64,000 bases of DNA. Source: Adineta vaga. Lineage: Eukaryota; Animalia; Rotifera. Position numbers and translations under genes: made by a program. The notes beneath the pieces are model-generated. The model worked only from the letters and a program-made list of their open reading frames with translations, was not told the DNA's origin and did not search any database. Below, piece after piece: positions 39,395 through 51,049 of this stretch. The stretch spans positions 7,254,001 through 7,318,000 of the forward strand of contig CP075492.1 of assembly GCA_021613535.1 (NCBI GenBank). Direction: 5' to 3'. How positions within the stretch are numbered: the stretch's first letter is position 1; every line of letters begins with the position of its first letter.

Positions 39395-41068
39395 TTACAA
39401 CCAAATATAGAGAAAAGCAGTATCAAAAGGAGTCTTTTTCGTCTTATAACACATTGACTGGTTTTTCGTTATCTGTTGACTAAGTTCGTATAATTGTCTC
39501 TTGTAACATTTAAACATTTTTCGAGCATTCACATCTTTGATTCGTAATTCTAGAATAAGAATGCGTAAGTTTCGAAAACATTGTTGAAGATTTCGAATAA
39601 AAGGATATAATGTTCTGCAGTGGTAATGGTTTTTTGATTCAAGATTAAATTTCAAAATCTTCAAATTAGGTAAAATTAGTGAGAGTTGAGAAAAAAAACT
39701 CTCACAATCATCATAGCAGAGCAACTTCAAATTGATGTGAATGATTTTTTTTCTCTTTTCCATCGGAATTATTTTTAACATTTGGTCGAGGAAATCTTTT
39801 GAATTTTGGACACTTCCATATATACGTGTTATATTTGATGAATTAGCTATAGCTTCCAATATAAGTTTGCATGCATCTACTGACAAAACGTCGCTGGAAT
39901 CCATATATATTTCATGCATATTTATAAGGTGAAGACTAACATTTGAATCCCGTGCTTCTTGTAAAGTACCATTACAGAACGTAAACGAAACCAAAGGCAT
40001 TTGATAATTAAACATAACTTCTGGAGGACGACCAATACCAAAGGAATAAGATGCTGATAGTCGACAAGATACGGTATCAAATTGTACAAGTCGTGGCTGA
40101 GTATAGATAATATAACTTGAATCTTGTAATTGTTCAACATTAGAGAAGAACGTAGGCAAATCAGGTTTGTGCATCGTTCGAATATAATAACGAAATATGT
40201 CAAGTTTAATAAAGTCGTTTACGATACTTTGAAATATGTTATAGTTAGAGAATTCTTCAATAGCTGCGTTGAATATCAAACTCAATGACTGAATATGATT
40301 TTTGAATATATTCAGAAACTGATATATAAATTCAAATTTTGGCCCATATTGAAAATAGACAAATCCATTGATTTCTAAATGTAGTTTTTTTAATGTTGGT
40401 GGAACATTGATTTGATGAAAATTTTTTGAATTTTTAAAACGTAAAATTGATAAGTTCAATTCTTCTAGATTTGGTAGTATTCTCAATAGTTGAATGGTTG
40501 CTTTGAGTGACCATAGATTGATGGAAAGACGTTTGATACTAAACAATCGTGGAATATCAACAAAATTCGGTATATCACGACTAAAGATTAAAGTAAGTGT
40601 AGTTAAATTAGATGAAGCATTCAATGCGATTGTTCTCAGTAACTGTTGTGTGGTTGGAAAAATTGAAAGTTCCGATAAAGAGGATGAAGCTGATAAAGTA
40701 TCAATTAGGAATAGTTTTTCTATGGAAAATTCTGGGTCGCTCTCATAATCTTTCTCCACATTTAAAACGAATGATTGTATATTAATTAATCGATGAATAT
40801 GAGATTTCAACAATTGAATTTGTTCATGTCCAGAAAGTTTTAGCGATCGAATGTTGGATCCATACAATGGCAAAATATGTTCAAAGAATATTTGTCGAAG
40901 TTGATAAGATGGCATATTATCATATGTTAAATCGACATCATATCCATATGGTTCACTTAACTGTTGAAATCTTCGATTAAGATTTGTAAATGAATACAAT
41001 ATATCGAACTGATGTAGGTATTGGAATGTTAATAGCAATAATTCATCGGGAAGAGATTCTAGATGCAT
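39395..41068 (-). CDS. F-box domain protein
   Basis: LESLPDELLLLTFQYL..FDILYSFTNLNRRF followed by LRR-like repeats. Confidence 0.87.
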   Translation of the reverse strand: MHLESLPDELLLLTFQYLHQFDILYSFTNLNRRFQQLSEPYGYDVDLTYDNMPSYQLRQIFFEHILPLYGSNIRSLKLSGHEQIQLLKSHIHRLINIQSFVLNVEKDYESDPEFSIEKLFLIDTLSASSSLSELSIFPTTQQLLRTIALNASSNLTTLTLIFSRDIPNFVDIPRLFSIKRLSINLWSLKATIQLLRILPNLEELNLSILRFKNSKNFHQINVPPTLKKLHLEINGFVYFQYGPKFEFIYQFLNIFKNHIQSLSLIFNAAIEEFSNYNIFQSIVNDFIKLDIFRYYIRTMHKPDLPTFFSNVEQLQDSSYIIYTQPRLVQFDTVSCRLSASYSFGIGRPPEVMFNYQMPLVSFTFCNGTLQEARDSNVSLHLINMHEIYMDSSDVLSVDACKLILEAIANSSNITRIYGSVQNSKDFLDQMLKIIPMEKRKKIIHINLKLLCYDDCESFFSQLSLILPNLKILKFNLESKNHYHCRTLYPFIRNLQQCFRNLRILILELRIKDVNARKMFKCYKRQLYELSQQITKNQSMCYKTKKTPFDTAFLYIWL

Positions 41069-41333
41069 TTCGAATTGTATGTGATTGAAAAATAGACACT
41101 ATATATACACAAAAGTCATAAGAAACAAACATGTTTTTTTCCAATTTTCTTGAGCAATAGGATTTAGTAAATATATGACTCAGAGATATTTGACAAGTGA
41201 AATTTGCACAACACATCGAAATCTACATTGAATAAAGAACTGCGATGATGTCATGTAATTGGATATACTTGGGGAAAAAATACTGGTCTTAACAGTATTT
41301 TTGAAATCTATAAGTAATATTTATTGCTAGAAT

Positions 41334-42185
41334 TTAATATAGCAAGAGCAAAAATACAAATAACAATATTCCATACATCGGTTCGTTTATATTAGATGTA
41401 GAAAAGGGTGGTTCTATGGGTGTACCTGCACGTATTAAGTTGAATTCTATTAGTAATTGAGCGACGTTATGATACGGATTTCGTCCATTACATAAATCAT
41501 GATTACAAACATATTCTACTAAACTTTGTCGTGAATCTATTTTTCCATTAAGATAATATGCTGTTTCTTCTTTAATTCCCAATTGTTTTCATGATTGATC
41601 ATCACTATGTGACGAACAACTTCTGCGTGTTTTGTTCGTATAAATATTATCAGCATCTAGAATGCATGTCTTGATATCATTAGCACAAGTGATTGACTGA
41701 CTATCTGTGGACATACAACGAATAGCGTCAGTACCTGAATCAGATGTAAACAAAGCCGAAGATAATTTCTGCTGAAATTGTTCAAAATTCCATGTTAATT
41801 TACGCATTTCAACTACTTTCATTTTGACATATTCAAAATCACATAAATCTCCATAAAAACATTTATGTATGAACGTTGTCCATTGTACATTAAATGTTTC
41901 ATGCCACATTTCTGTCTCATGCGATATGTAGTAATTATCTAAAGTAGCATTATCACCAACTAAACTTTGTTCACCAAGTTTAATATTTATTAATTTTGAC
42001 ACATAATCAAAACTAATTTCTGTATAACATTCATTATTCTGAATTGTTTGAGCACATTCCGATGGAAGTGTATTGAATGTTTCGTTGAATGTTAAATATA
42101 TACTACAAGACCCTACACATTGATGTTGTATAGTTAGAGGAAGCAGAGTAGCAAGATAAAGACAAATGAGAGTGATACTTGTCAT
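41334..42185 (-). CDS. Secreted Cys-rich, probably GPI-anchored protein with one in-frame TGA (41589-41591)
   Basis: Signal peptide MTSITLICLYLATLLP; CFYGDLCD and CNHDLCN motifs (Ly6/three-finger-like ends); hydrophobic C-terminus. The two track ORFs share a frame, separated by a single TGA. Confidence 0.65.
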
Positions 42186-42882
42186 TTGCTTGTATCTTTC
42201 TTTTTGCAAGTTATTTAACTACCGAAACTCGTTGTGTTATCTATCTTAGTTTAGAAATATATACTTTTACGGAGATAAAAGTATATTTGATATTTGTTTC
42301 TCGGTTGACAATACACTATGTGACATTAGTATGAGAAATACAAATAATCAGAAAATATCGTAATTAGAACGGAACTTTGCTGACCTCTATTCTTTTTTGA
42401 CTAACGGATATGTTTTTTCTAATACGATAATTAGAAATGATGATAACCTGCTCGAATAACTAGAGTGAAGAATGAAAGTAAAACAAACAATATGGATGAT
42501 ATTATTTGGATTATAGACTTATCGATATCATGTCTTCATTCAAACGTACTTATTTCTAGATGATATGATTAATAATGTCATTGTATATTTTCTGTTCATG
42601 ATTTAACTTAATTTATAGTTGTAAGATTAACTATGATAGAGTCTACTAAATTATGGTTGGCAATATCTGCAGACTTTGTCTCACTTGATCTAAGCATCTT
42701 TGAGGGTGTGCTAAAAAAGAATTCTACGGCCTGCTACTGAAAGAATACTTTGTGAAGATTCGATTACAATCAGTTAATATTCGCATAGTTTTCTCTTCTG
42801 AATGACTATCGAATGGCTATAACATCTATCTTTTCTTTGTTGCCTTCGGAAGTACAACTCGTAAAAAGACACCAAATAAAAT

Positions 42883-43212
42883 ATGATCAACATCACTGAA
42901 ATGCAATATTATTTACAGCAAGTGAATATCTATCTAGAATTATCTCTGCTCATATTATGTGTCATTGCGAATATCTTGAATACAATAATATTTACTAATC
43001 GATCAACAGAATTTGCTCACGATCTCCTGCTTATTTTGCTTGTCACTTCCTGTAACGTTCGTTATCGACAGATAGTGACTAAGCAATTTATCAAATTTGT
43101 CATCATACTGATAAGTCTCTTTTGGATCTTGCATGGTATGATCTATATAATTTTCTATGATATTTATCTATCAACTGCCACGAATTCAACGGCAGTTCAA
43201 CAAAGTAAGTAA
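42883..43212 (+). pseudogene. Internally deleted GPCR fragment
   Basis: TM1 (IANILNTIIF) jumps to a DR-like segment and TM4 (FWILHG); most helices are missing. Confidence 0.6.
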
Positions 43213-43808
43213 TATATTCTTGCATATTTGATAACTTTTGTCATTATTTTAAATCAAATTTAATATTGAGTAAAATTAGTCTAGTCATAGTTTTGACAAG
43301 TCCAGCAGGATTTTTTATTCTACACATAACATTCACTGAATCTAAATCGAAATCATTCGAGCAGCGAACAGTGGAAGAAATAATAAATTCTCTATTTAAA
43401 ACTATATTCTATATAAACTCTGCTTGCCGGTAATTGCTATTTCTATTCAGTTTGTACTTAGTGTACCACGGAGATCTGTGCTTCGCAGCCATTTCGCAAG
43501 CAATTAAAGGCCACACTATTACATTTGTGCACAAGACATTCAAATTGCAAACGGTAATAGTGAAAATAAACGTTATTTATGAAATCAAGCTCTATAGAAT
43601 ATTGGACATGCGATTTTTTTCTCATTATTTTAGTGATCTCACCGTTATATTATATATTCTTTGTGTAGCTTTGGTGATAATGTATTGTCAACAAAATGTT
43701 CAAAAACAAAAGATTATGTTATATTAAATATTTCTCTTAATACTTTATTTATCTACAAATAAAAATGTTCTCATTTATAAATAAGATAAAAATTAAAAAA
43801 TACTATTT

Positions 43809-44890
43809 TTATCCAACTGTTTGTGAAATATCTATTGGTTGTGAGTTTCTGGACAACGGCGACATAATATTAGGTAAGGTAAATACATTAGCTAAAATAT
43901 ACACTTGAGACATACCATTTCCCAGAAGACTTAAATACAATCGACTAGTGCCTTTTGGTATACGAAAGTAATGTAGAGCATTAGTATAACCAGAACCTAA
44001 AAAAAAGTTGTATCGCTTATTACTTGCAACTGCATTAGTACTATAGGATTTGGTTCGGACAATGAGCCATATACGGTACAAGCTGCACAATTTGATGCAA
44101 ACATGACAACTGTATCATTTGTAGTTGTATATGAAACTGTATTGAGTTGCACAGTGTAATAAATACCATTTGTTATACTAGGAATATACGATTGACTATT
44201 GATATTAAGCAGAAATGGTACATCAGACGCCATTGAGGCGATATGTGGTGTCGCAAGAATCAGTTCGTAAAAAGTCGATACTGGAACGGCATAATATCGC
44301 GATGGATGCGACGCCAAACGATTTAAAACTGTTATACTTGCACTGAATCCAATACCGACAACAATTACTGTCATTCCACGATTTCGTTCTAAGAGACGAA
44401 TACTCGATTCGGCCAAAGCATCTGGAAGACTAGAGATCACAATGGTTACTCGCGGTATTCCAGGTCGGCAATATGATGTACACTGTGAATCCACGATACT
44501 CAGAGCTGACACTAAAGACGATGGATTCAATTGCGTTTTTGTGTATTGTTTTTTATCGAGATATGTTTTCACTGTTGCGGCAGAAGTTGTTGTGTGTGGG
44601 ACAACGGTACTTACTGACGACGATGCACCATAGAAAAGCATCTGAAAATAAGGAGTCGATCCGCTAGGATTCAGATCAGTTGCAAGATTATACAACGCGG
44701 TTTTCACTAAACCGTGTTGCAACTCATTCATATAAGCGTTTTGTTCATCAACTAGTACAAATAAATCGACCGCTTTATTATTCAACGGATTGTTGAAAGC
44801 TCTTAGCACGCCTGCATTTATACCAGTACAGAATAATAGAATCAAGCTTGCATAAACATTGACCAAGATAAGAGTTGTATGTTTCTGCAT
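43809..44890 (-). CDS. Secreted von Willebrand factor A domain protein (apparent frameshift at ~44042)
   Basis: Signal peptide; AVDLFVLVDE, RPGIPRVTIVIS, VIVVGIG, LNRLASHP. EPNP is followed by a 2-nt AT, then STNAV in the second ORF. Confidence 0.75.
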
Positions 44891-45406
44891 TTTGAAAGAA
44901 TCTTAATGATAAAATATAAACAATGAGACGACAATCACTTTAGTCTATTATCCTACTTGAGAGCAATACTTGTGTAGAAGCTGAATATAATGAAATAGCA
45001 ATCAAGAAATTTGACTACTGTATTTATAGTACTGCCTAGCAGAAGTTATCAAGTAACTTTAATTGCGCACAATTTTATTTCTAGAAACATCTTATCTACC
45101 TTTATCATTCGACGAAAAGTTCTTTTTTCTTCATTTTTGTGAAAATCTTATATATGAATCATTTTTATCAAACAATATTCAAGTAAATACACTTGAATAT
45201 CGTTTTTTTCCAAGTAAATTGAAAATGTTGCTTTTAGATGTCTGTTGATTCTTCTCTTAAACGAAAAGACCCAGATTCGTTAGTATTTGGATTATAATAA
45301 TTATATTTATGGAATACTTTGTTAGGAAATACAGAGAGATTATTATAACAAGCACAACGAATAAGAAAGAATTAAAATATTGTCATGTTTGACGGAGATT
45401 ATTTGT

Positions 45407-46356
45407 TCATTTCAAACTCTTCATTATAGTTTGAACATCTTCAAAGATCTATAATAAAATATTTAAGATACAATTTAAAGAAATTCATTCACTAAACCTT
45501 ATCCACATCTTTGGAAGCATCAATTCGATGTACTAAATTTTCTTTTTCATATGATGCAATTAACGGTCGAGTTGATTCATTGAAAGTTGTTATGCTTTGA
45601 AAAAATATAAACAATGAGATGAAATTACAAAAAAATGATTTAGTTAATACTCACCGTTTTTTTAAACTTTCTTCATTGTCATCAACTCGTCCACTGTTTT
45701 TGCCACGTTCAAGACATCGAGTAGTACTCGTCTATTCCGAAAAAATATGATATATACTTTGATTAAATTTTGAATCTCTCTATTATCCTTGCACGAAATG
45801 ACTATTTTACCTTTTCATCGCAATCAAAAATTAATACACATTGAATATTAACTTTATTAGCCATTGTCTTTTTCCAACCATCCACATTTTCTTGATTTCT
45901 TGGGAAACCGTCAATTAAATAATTATGTTTATCCGTTTTTTTCATTGCCTTTAGTCGCAAAATAGAAAATATTGCACTCTTACGATCATCAAGATAGAAA
46001 CATACTTCGTCCAATAATTTGCAAGTCAGTTCAGTAGAAACAAGCGAGCCACTTTTCATCTGTTCCTTTAATTGTTTACCTAGATTTGAATCCGATTTCT
46101 CGGCTTCTTCTCGAAGAAGATCACCAACGGATAAATGAACATAATCAAAAGTCTAAAATAATCAGAGAAAAAAAACAAGTATAAGATTTCGTTTTTATAA
46201 CGATCTTGATTACTTACATCTTTAATACGTTTACATTGTGTACCTTTGCCTAAAGAAAAGAACATTATACGACATTATATCAGATAATTGGATACTATAC
46301 GTACCAGATCCTGGTGCGCCTATGACAAATATAACATTTGGTTTTGTTTCCGACAT
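45407..46356 (-). CDS. CMPK1: UMP-CMP kinase (7 exons)
   Basis: Spliced [67 protein letters not shown]. Confidence 0.93.
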
Positions 46357-47201
46357 AATAATCAAATTCTTCTATACAGAAGAAAGAATATGGACATACT
46401 TTCTGAATTTAATGTGATCAACAAGAACGCCCGCGATAGGACATTGATATACTATTTTTCTAATACAAAAAAAAAATGGCGTTAATGATCTTTAATATGC
46501 TCACGTGATAGACAGAGAAAAAAAGCTACACAGTCCTGTGTTTACGTTCTAATCGATATTGACTGACGTTGATGTTAGGGTAAATAATCAGTCGATTCAA
46601 ATAGAATAAGAATTTAGAGAAAAAAAAATATTAGCTAGAATGACAACCAACAAAAAAGACCGAACGAACAGAACGATAAAATATACAAGTGTGAGCATAG
46701 CTTCCTAGTAAGGGCGCATAATAGTATAGTATGGATGTGCCCTAGCGTCTACATCTATTCTAAGCGTATGACTATGAACATCAAGTCTATATTTTCATTA
46801 TTTTATTTGACACAGCATCTTGTTATGAATATCAATGAGAACTAAGTGTATATTTATGATGATACATATTCAAATTGTATATTATATCAATTTCGCAATA
46901 TATTCTCATAGAATTCAATACAATAGATGATTATTATGAAACAATTATAAACGTATATGGGAGAATACTTTCGAATTGATGGTAAGTTTTTAATATAAGA
47001 ATTTTGAATAGTCTTGTTGTGTGTATATACAGTAACGTTGTTTGTTTTGGTTACCTTTTTCTTTTTGCACTTTTCTTTCTCTTATCTATTATCGTGCTGG
47101 GCGTTTCTTTCTTATCAATATTATTCTTATTCTTCTATTTTATATAACCGCGTGTTCTTGACAATTATAGGTCATAACATTTTTTTTGTGCAGCAAACAT
47201 C

Positions 47202-48386
47202 ATGAACAATATGCTTCTTATGAAAGCACACGAAATACAAGCAGAATTGAAATCTATTCGGCAAGATATTCATGCGCATCCTGAAATGGCTATGGAAGAA
47301 ATACGAACATCAAAATTAATCATTTCGAAGTTAAAAGAATGGGGTGTGACAGTGACAGAAGGTGTAGGTAAAACTGGTGTTGTTGGCACATTGAAAAGTA
47401 CAAAATCAGGTGATCGAAGTATTGGTCTTCGTGCTGATATGGATGCTCTTCAGTTAACTGAAAAGACTGGTGTTTCATACTGTTCAACAAAAACTGGTAC
47501 TATGCATGCATGTGGACACGATGGACACACAACGATGTTACTGGGTGCTGCAAAATATCTAGCCGAACATCGAGATTCATTTTGTGGAACAGTTCATTTC
47601 GTTTTTCAACCAGCTGAAGAAGGACAAACAGGTGCCATTGCCATGATTAATGATAAATTATTCGAACGTTTTCCAATGGATACTATTTATGGTTTACATA
47701 ATTATTCAGAGCAACTTGGTACATTTGCTATTTGTACTGGACCAATGATGGCAGCAGCTGATCCTTGGTTTGTGACATTCCACGGAACTGGTGGTCATGG
47801 TGGAGCTGCACCACATCGTGCTACTGATGTAACCGTCTTACAAGCACAATTTATTCTAGCTTTACAAACTATTGTTAGTCGTAATATTAATGCACTTGAT
47901 ACAGCCGTTATTAGTGTTGGTGCTATTGAAAGTGGTTCTTTTGGATCAGTTAATGTTATGCCATCAAAAATACGAATTGGTGGTACAGCTCGCAGTTTGA
48001 AACAATCTGTTCGTGATATAATTGAACGACGAATAAGAGAATTAGCTGATGGTTTAGCTGCAAGTTATGGTTGTACAGCAGAAGTTGAATATGTTCGTCT
48101 TGGAATCCCACTTGTTAATCACGAAGAAGAAACCAAACGAGCAATAAAAGCAGCTAAAGCTGTTGTTAATGAAGCAAATGTCAATCCGAATGGACAACCT
48201 TCGATGGGTGGTGAAGATTTTGCTTTTCTACTGGTCGAACGACCTGGTGCTTTCATATTCTTAGGGATTAATAACGAAGCAGAGACCAGAAATTTACATT
48301 CTCCAACATATGATTTCAATGATGATGCCATTCCATATGGTGTCGCCTATTGGATCAGTTTAGTTCAACAAGAACTCAGTATTTAG
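47202..48386 (+). CDS. M20D amidohydrolase (hippurate-hydrolase/Acy1-like, bacterial type), intronless CDS
   Basis: HAHPE, LRADMDAL, MHACGHDGH, FQPAEE, G.GGHG..PH, GGEDF, LHSPTYDFND. Confidence 0.93.
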   Translation: MNNMLLMKAHEIQAELKSIRQDIHAHPEMAMEEIRTSKLIISKLKEWGVTVTEGVGKTGVVGTLKSTKSGDRSIGLRADMDALQLTEKTGVSYCSTKTGTMHACGHDGHTTMLLGAAKYLAEHRDSFCGTVHFVFQPAEEGQTGAIAMINDKLFERFPMDTIYGLHNYSEQLGTFAICTGPMMAAADPWFVTFHGTGGHGGAAPHRATDVTVLQAQFILALQTIVSRNINALDTAVISVGAIESGSFGSVNVMPSKIRIGGTARSLKQSVRDIIERRIRELADGLAASYGCTAEVEYVRLGIPLVNHEEETKRAIKAAKAVVNEANVNPNGQPSMGGEDFAFLLVERPGAFIFLGINNEAETRNLHSPTYDFNDDAIPYGVAYWISLVQQELSI

Positions 48387-48939
48387 TGTATGACATGTTT
48401 CTAACTCTCTGTATTAAATTCGATAGAATGTACTTAGAATAATTTTCGTAGATACTTTCTTGTAAAATACATATTAACAAGATAATCGTTGAATATAACT
48501 GATTACTAAATTCATATTTCCGTATATTAATCAATAAAATGTCTTTTAACTACTTATATAGCGATAAATATGAATAATTCTGCTTTGTAATCCAATAAAA
48601 CTATCACTTGTAGATTAATAATTCATATTTCGTTTTTATTTTTTACTCATACCAAATACTTTATTGAATTTTTCTTCTATCATTAACTATTATACTTTCC
48701 TTCTTACAATTACTTTGACTATTTGAAGGTGTGCAATAATCCTTGTTTAACTAAACGAAATAAATATAGCTCCAGAATATAAAATAAATACTCGCCTCTA
48801 TTTTTCCAACTTACTAATGCACGTGTTATTTATGATATATGTATATCATAATGCAAATTGCAGATCAATCGATTGATACTTCATTAAAACTTGATATAAA
48901 TAGAGATCGATTATTTGAAAAATAAATATAAGTAGAATT

Positions 48940-50578
48940 ATGGGCATGAAAGCAACTAAATTCTTTCAAATACACGATGAGAATCTTGAAACATTGTCTT
49001 TGGTTTGGCTAGGTGCACAGGTGAATACAACAAAGGAAAATCAAAGTACCCACCGAGAACTTCAACATATTATTAGCTATACTGAACGATTTGATGGTCA
49101 ACAGAAATGTTACGACTACATTGCGTCTCTTTCTTCACAAGATCGACTTATTTTGATTGTTAGCGGTGAACTTGGCCAAAACATAGTACCACAAATTCAT
49201 CCTCTTCGACAAATTTCATCTGTTCATGTGTATTGTAGGAATAAAAAACTCAATCAACTATGGACAGGCAAATATTCCAAAGTATATAAGATATTTTTTC
49301 TCTCTTCAATTTCAATTTCAATTTCATTCATTTCTAGATAAGAAGTGTCGTTATTCAATCAAAAGATCTCATTACGGAAATAAAAGCAGACCAACAAAAA
49401 TCGGACAACAGTAGAAGAACCACTTTCAATCAATATATTTACTGCTAACAATAATTTAGATCAATCAACAGCTCAACTTAATGGTCACTTTGTTCATTAT
49501 CTTCTTTTAATCGATGTTCTTCTTCGATTGCAATCAATTGAAAAGATAAATGTGCACTCATTAAACTCTTAAAGAATGAATTTAAGAAGAATAAAAGTCA
49601 ACTCACCATAGTACGCGAATTGGAAAAGAATTTCAATGTCAATCATTTGTCACTGTTTATCGTGGACAAGTGATGTCAACTGATGAATTGGATATTGTTC
49701 AACAATCGATTGATGAATTTATTTCGATCAATTCATTTTTCTCAACGAGTACTAAACAGGATAAGGCATTGGAATTTCTGAACAGTGCTACTGTTTCCAA
49801 CGATTTATATCGTGTATTATTAATAATTGATGCGGATCCTAGTGTTGTAACAACGAAACCATTTGCTGATATTACTTCATTGAGTGCCTATAAAGATGAA
49901 CGTGAAATCTTATTTATGACTGGATCCATCTTTCGTTTAGTTCACATGTATCGAGATGATGAGAAAGATATTTGGATAATTCAAATGCAATTATGTGGAG
50001 ACGATGAAAATGGTTTGAAAAATCTTTTCGAACATATGAAACAAGAATATGGAAATGGAGACGAAGAAATTAATCTTCGTTCATTTGGTGATGTCTTACG
50101 AAAAATGGGACAATTTAATTTAGCAGAAAAAATGTATTGGCGTTTGCTGAATAGAATCCCATCGTATGATCCATTACTTTACTCTTTATATTACTCATTG
50201 GGTTCAGTCACGAAAAATAAAGGTGGCTATGATTCGAGTCTTCAATGGTTTACTAAATCGTTCGAACTTCAAATTCAAACGAATCCAATAGATTATGTTA
50301 GCATTAGTGGTATTTATTGTTGGAATGGCGTTATTTATGAAGCGAAAAATGATTATATTATAGCACTGAAATATTATAACAATGCTGTTGAACTATTAAA
50401 ACAAGAATGTGACGAGAATCATCCAGACATGGCTCACTTCTATTACAGTATTGCTATAAGTTACGAAAACATTGATTCAATACATGAAAGAAATGATGAA
50501 TTACGACAAGCATTGACATACTATAAGAACACTACCATTTCAACATCCAAATGTGATAAAAATCGAAAAAGCTATTGA
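48940..50578 (+). pseudogene. Degraded ART + TPR gene
   Basis: Intron 49282-49337. ART motifs VYRGQ, NSFFSTS and DEREILF are followed by TPRs. Frameshifts at ~49400-49560, an apparent missing segment near 49630, and a truncated last TPR. Confidence 0.75.
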
Positions 50579-51049
50579 ACGAACATCATCTGAATGAAAA
50601 TAATTTTTTTTCAAATTTATTTTACAAACATAAATAAAAAATATTGAATAAACTAATGACAGAATTCTACCAAATGATTGTATCGATTTCTGATAGAAGA
50701 TATATTAGTACTAATGCAACAATGCTTGAATTTACTTCTACATTTTATGTAACACATCGTCTTCGTACAAATCATACATCTATATAGTAATATTCTCAAG
50801 ATGAGTACTTTGACTGAATATCGACGTATTTTACGTAGTCATATAACAAAAAAATACGAAAAGAAAATAAATGAAAAAATGGATACTTATCATAAATATT
50901 TTTTACAGCCTCACTTTGGAATTTCATAATAAAAAAATCCGACGTCGTTCTTCTCTTTATCTGCCTCTAGACTATAACATATAAATTTCTTCTAGTCGAA
51001 TGAAGATAGATGTTTTTTTATTGTTTTTCTATAGACGATCATAATCAAC

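Noticed and set aside
42655-42760. Possible Tc1/mariner transposase relic (W..SAD...LD......LK..FY)
   Set aside because: Too short and degenerate; no TIRs identified.
46550-46760. Two hairpins followed by ACA (H/ACA snoRNA-like)
   Set aside because: Spacing and H box are not convincing; would need a covariance-model search.
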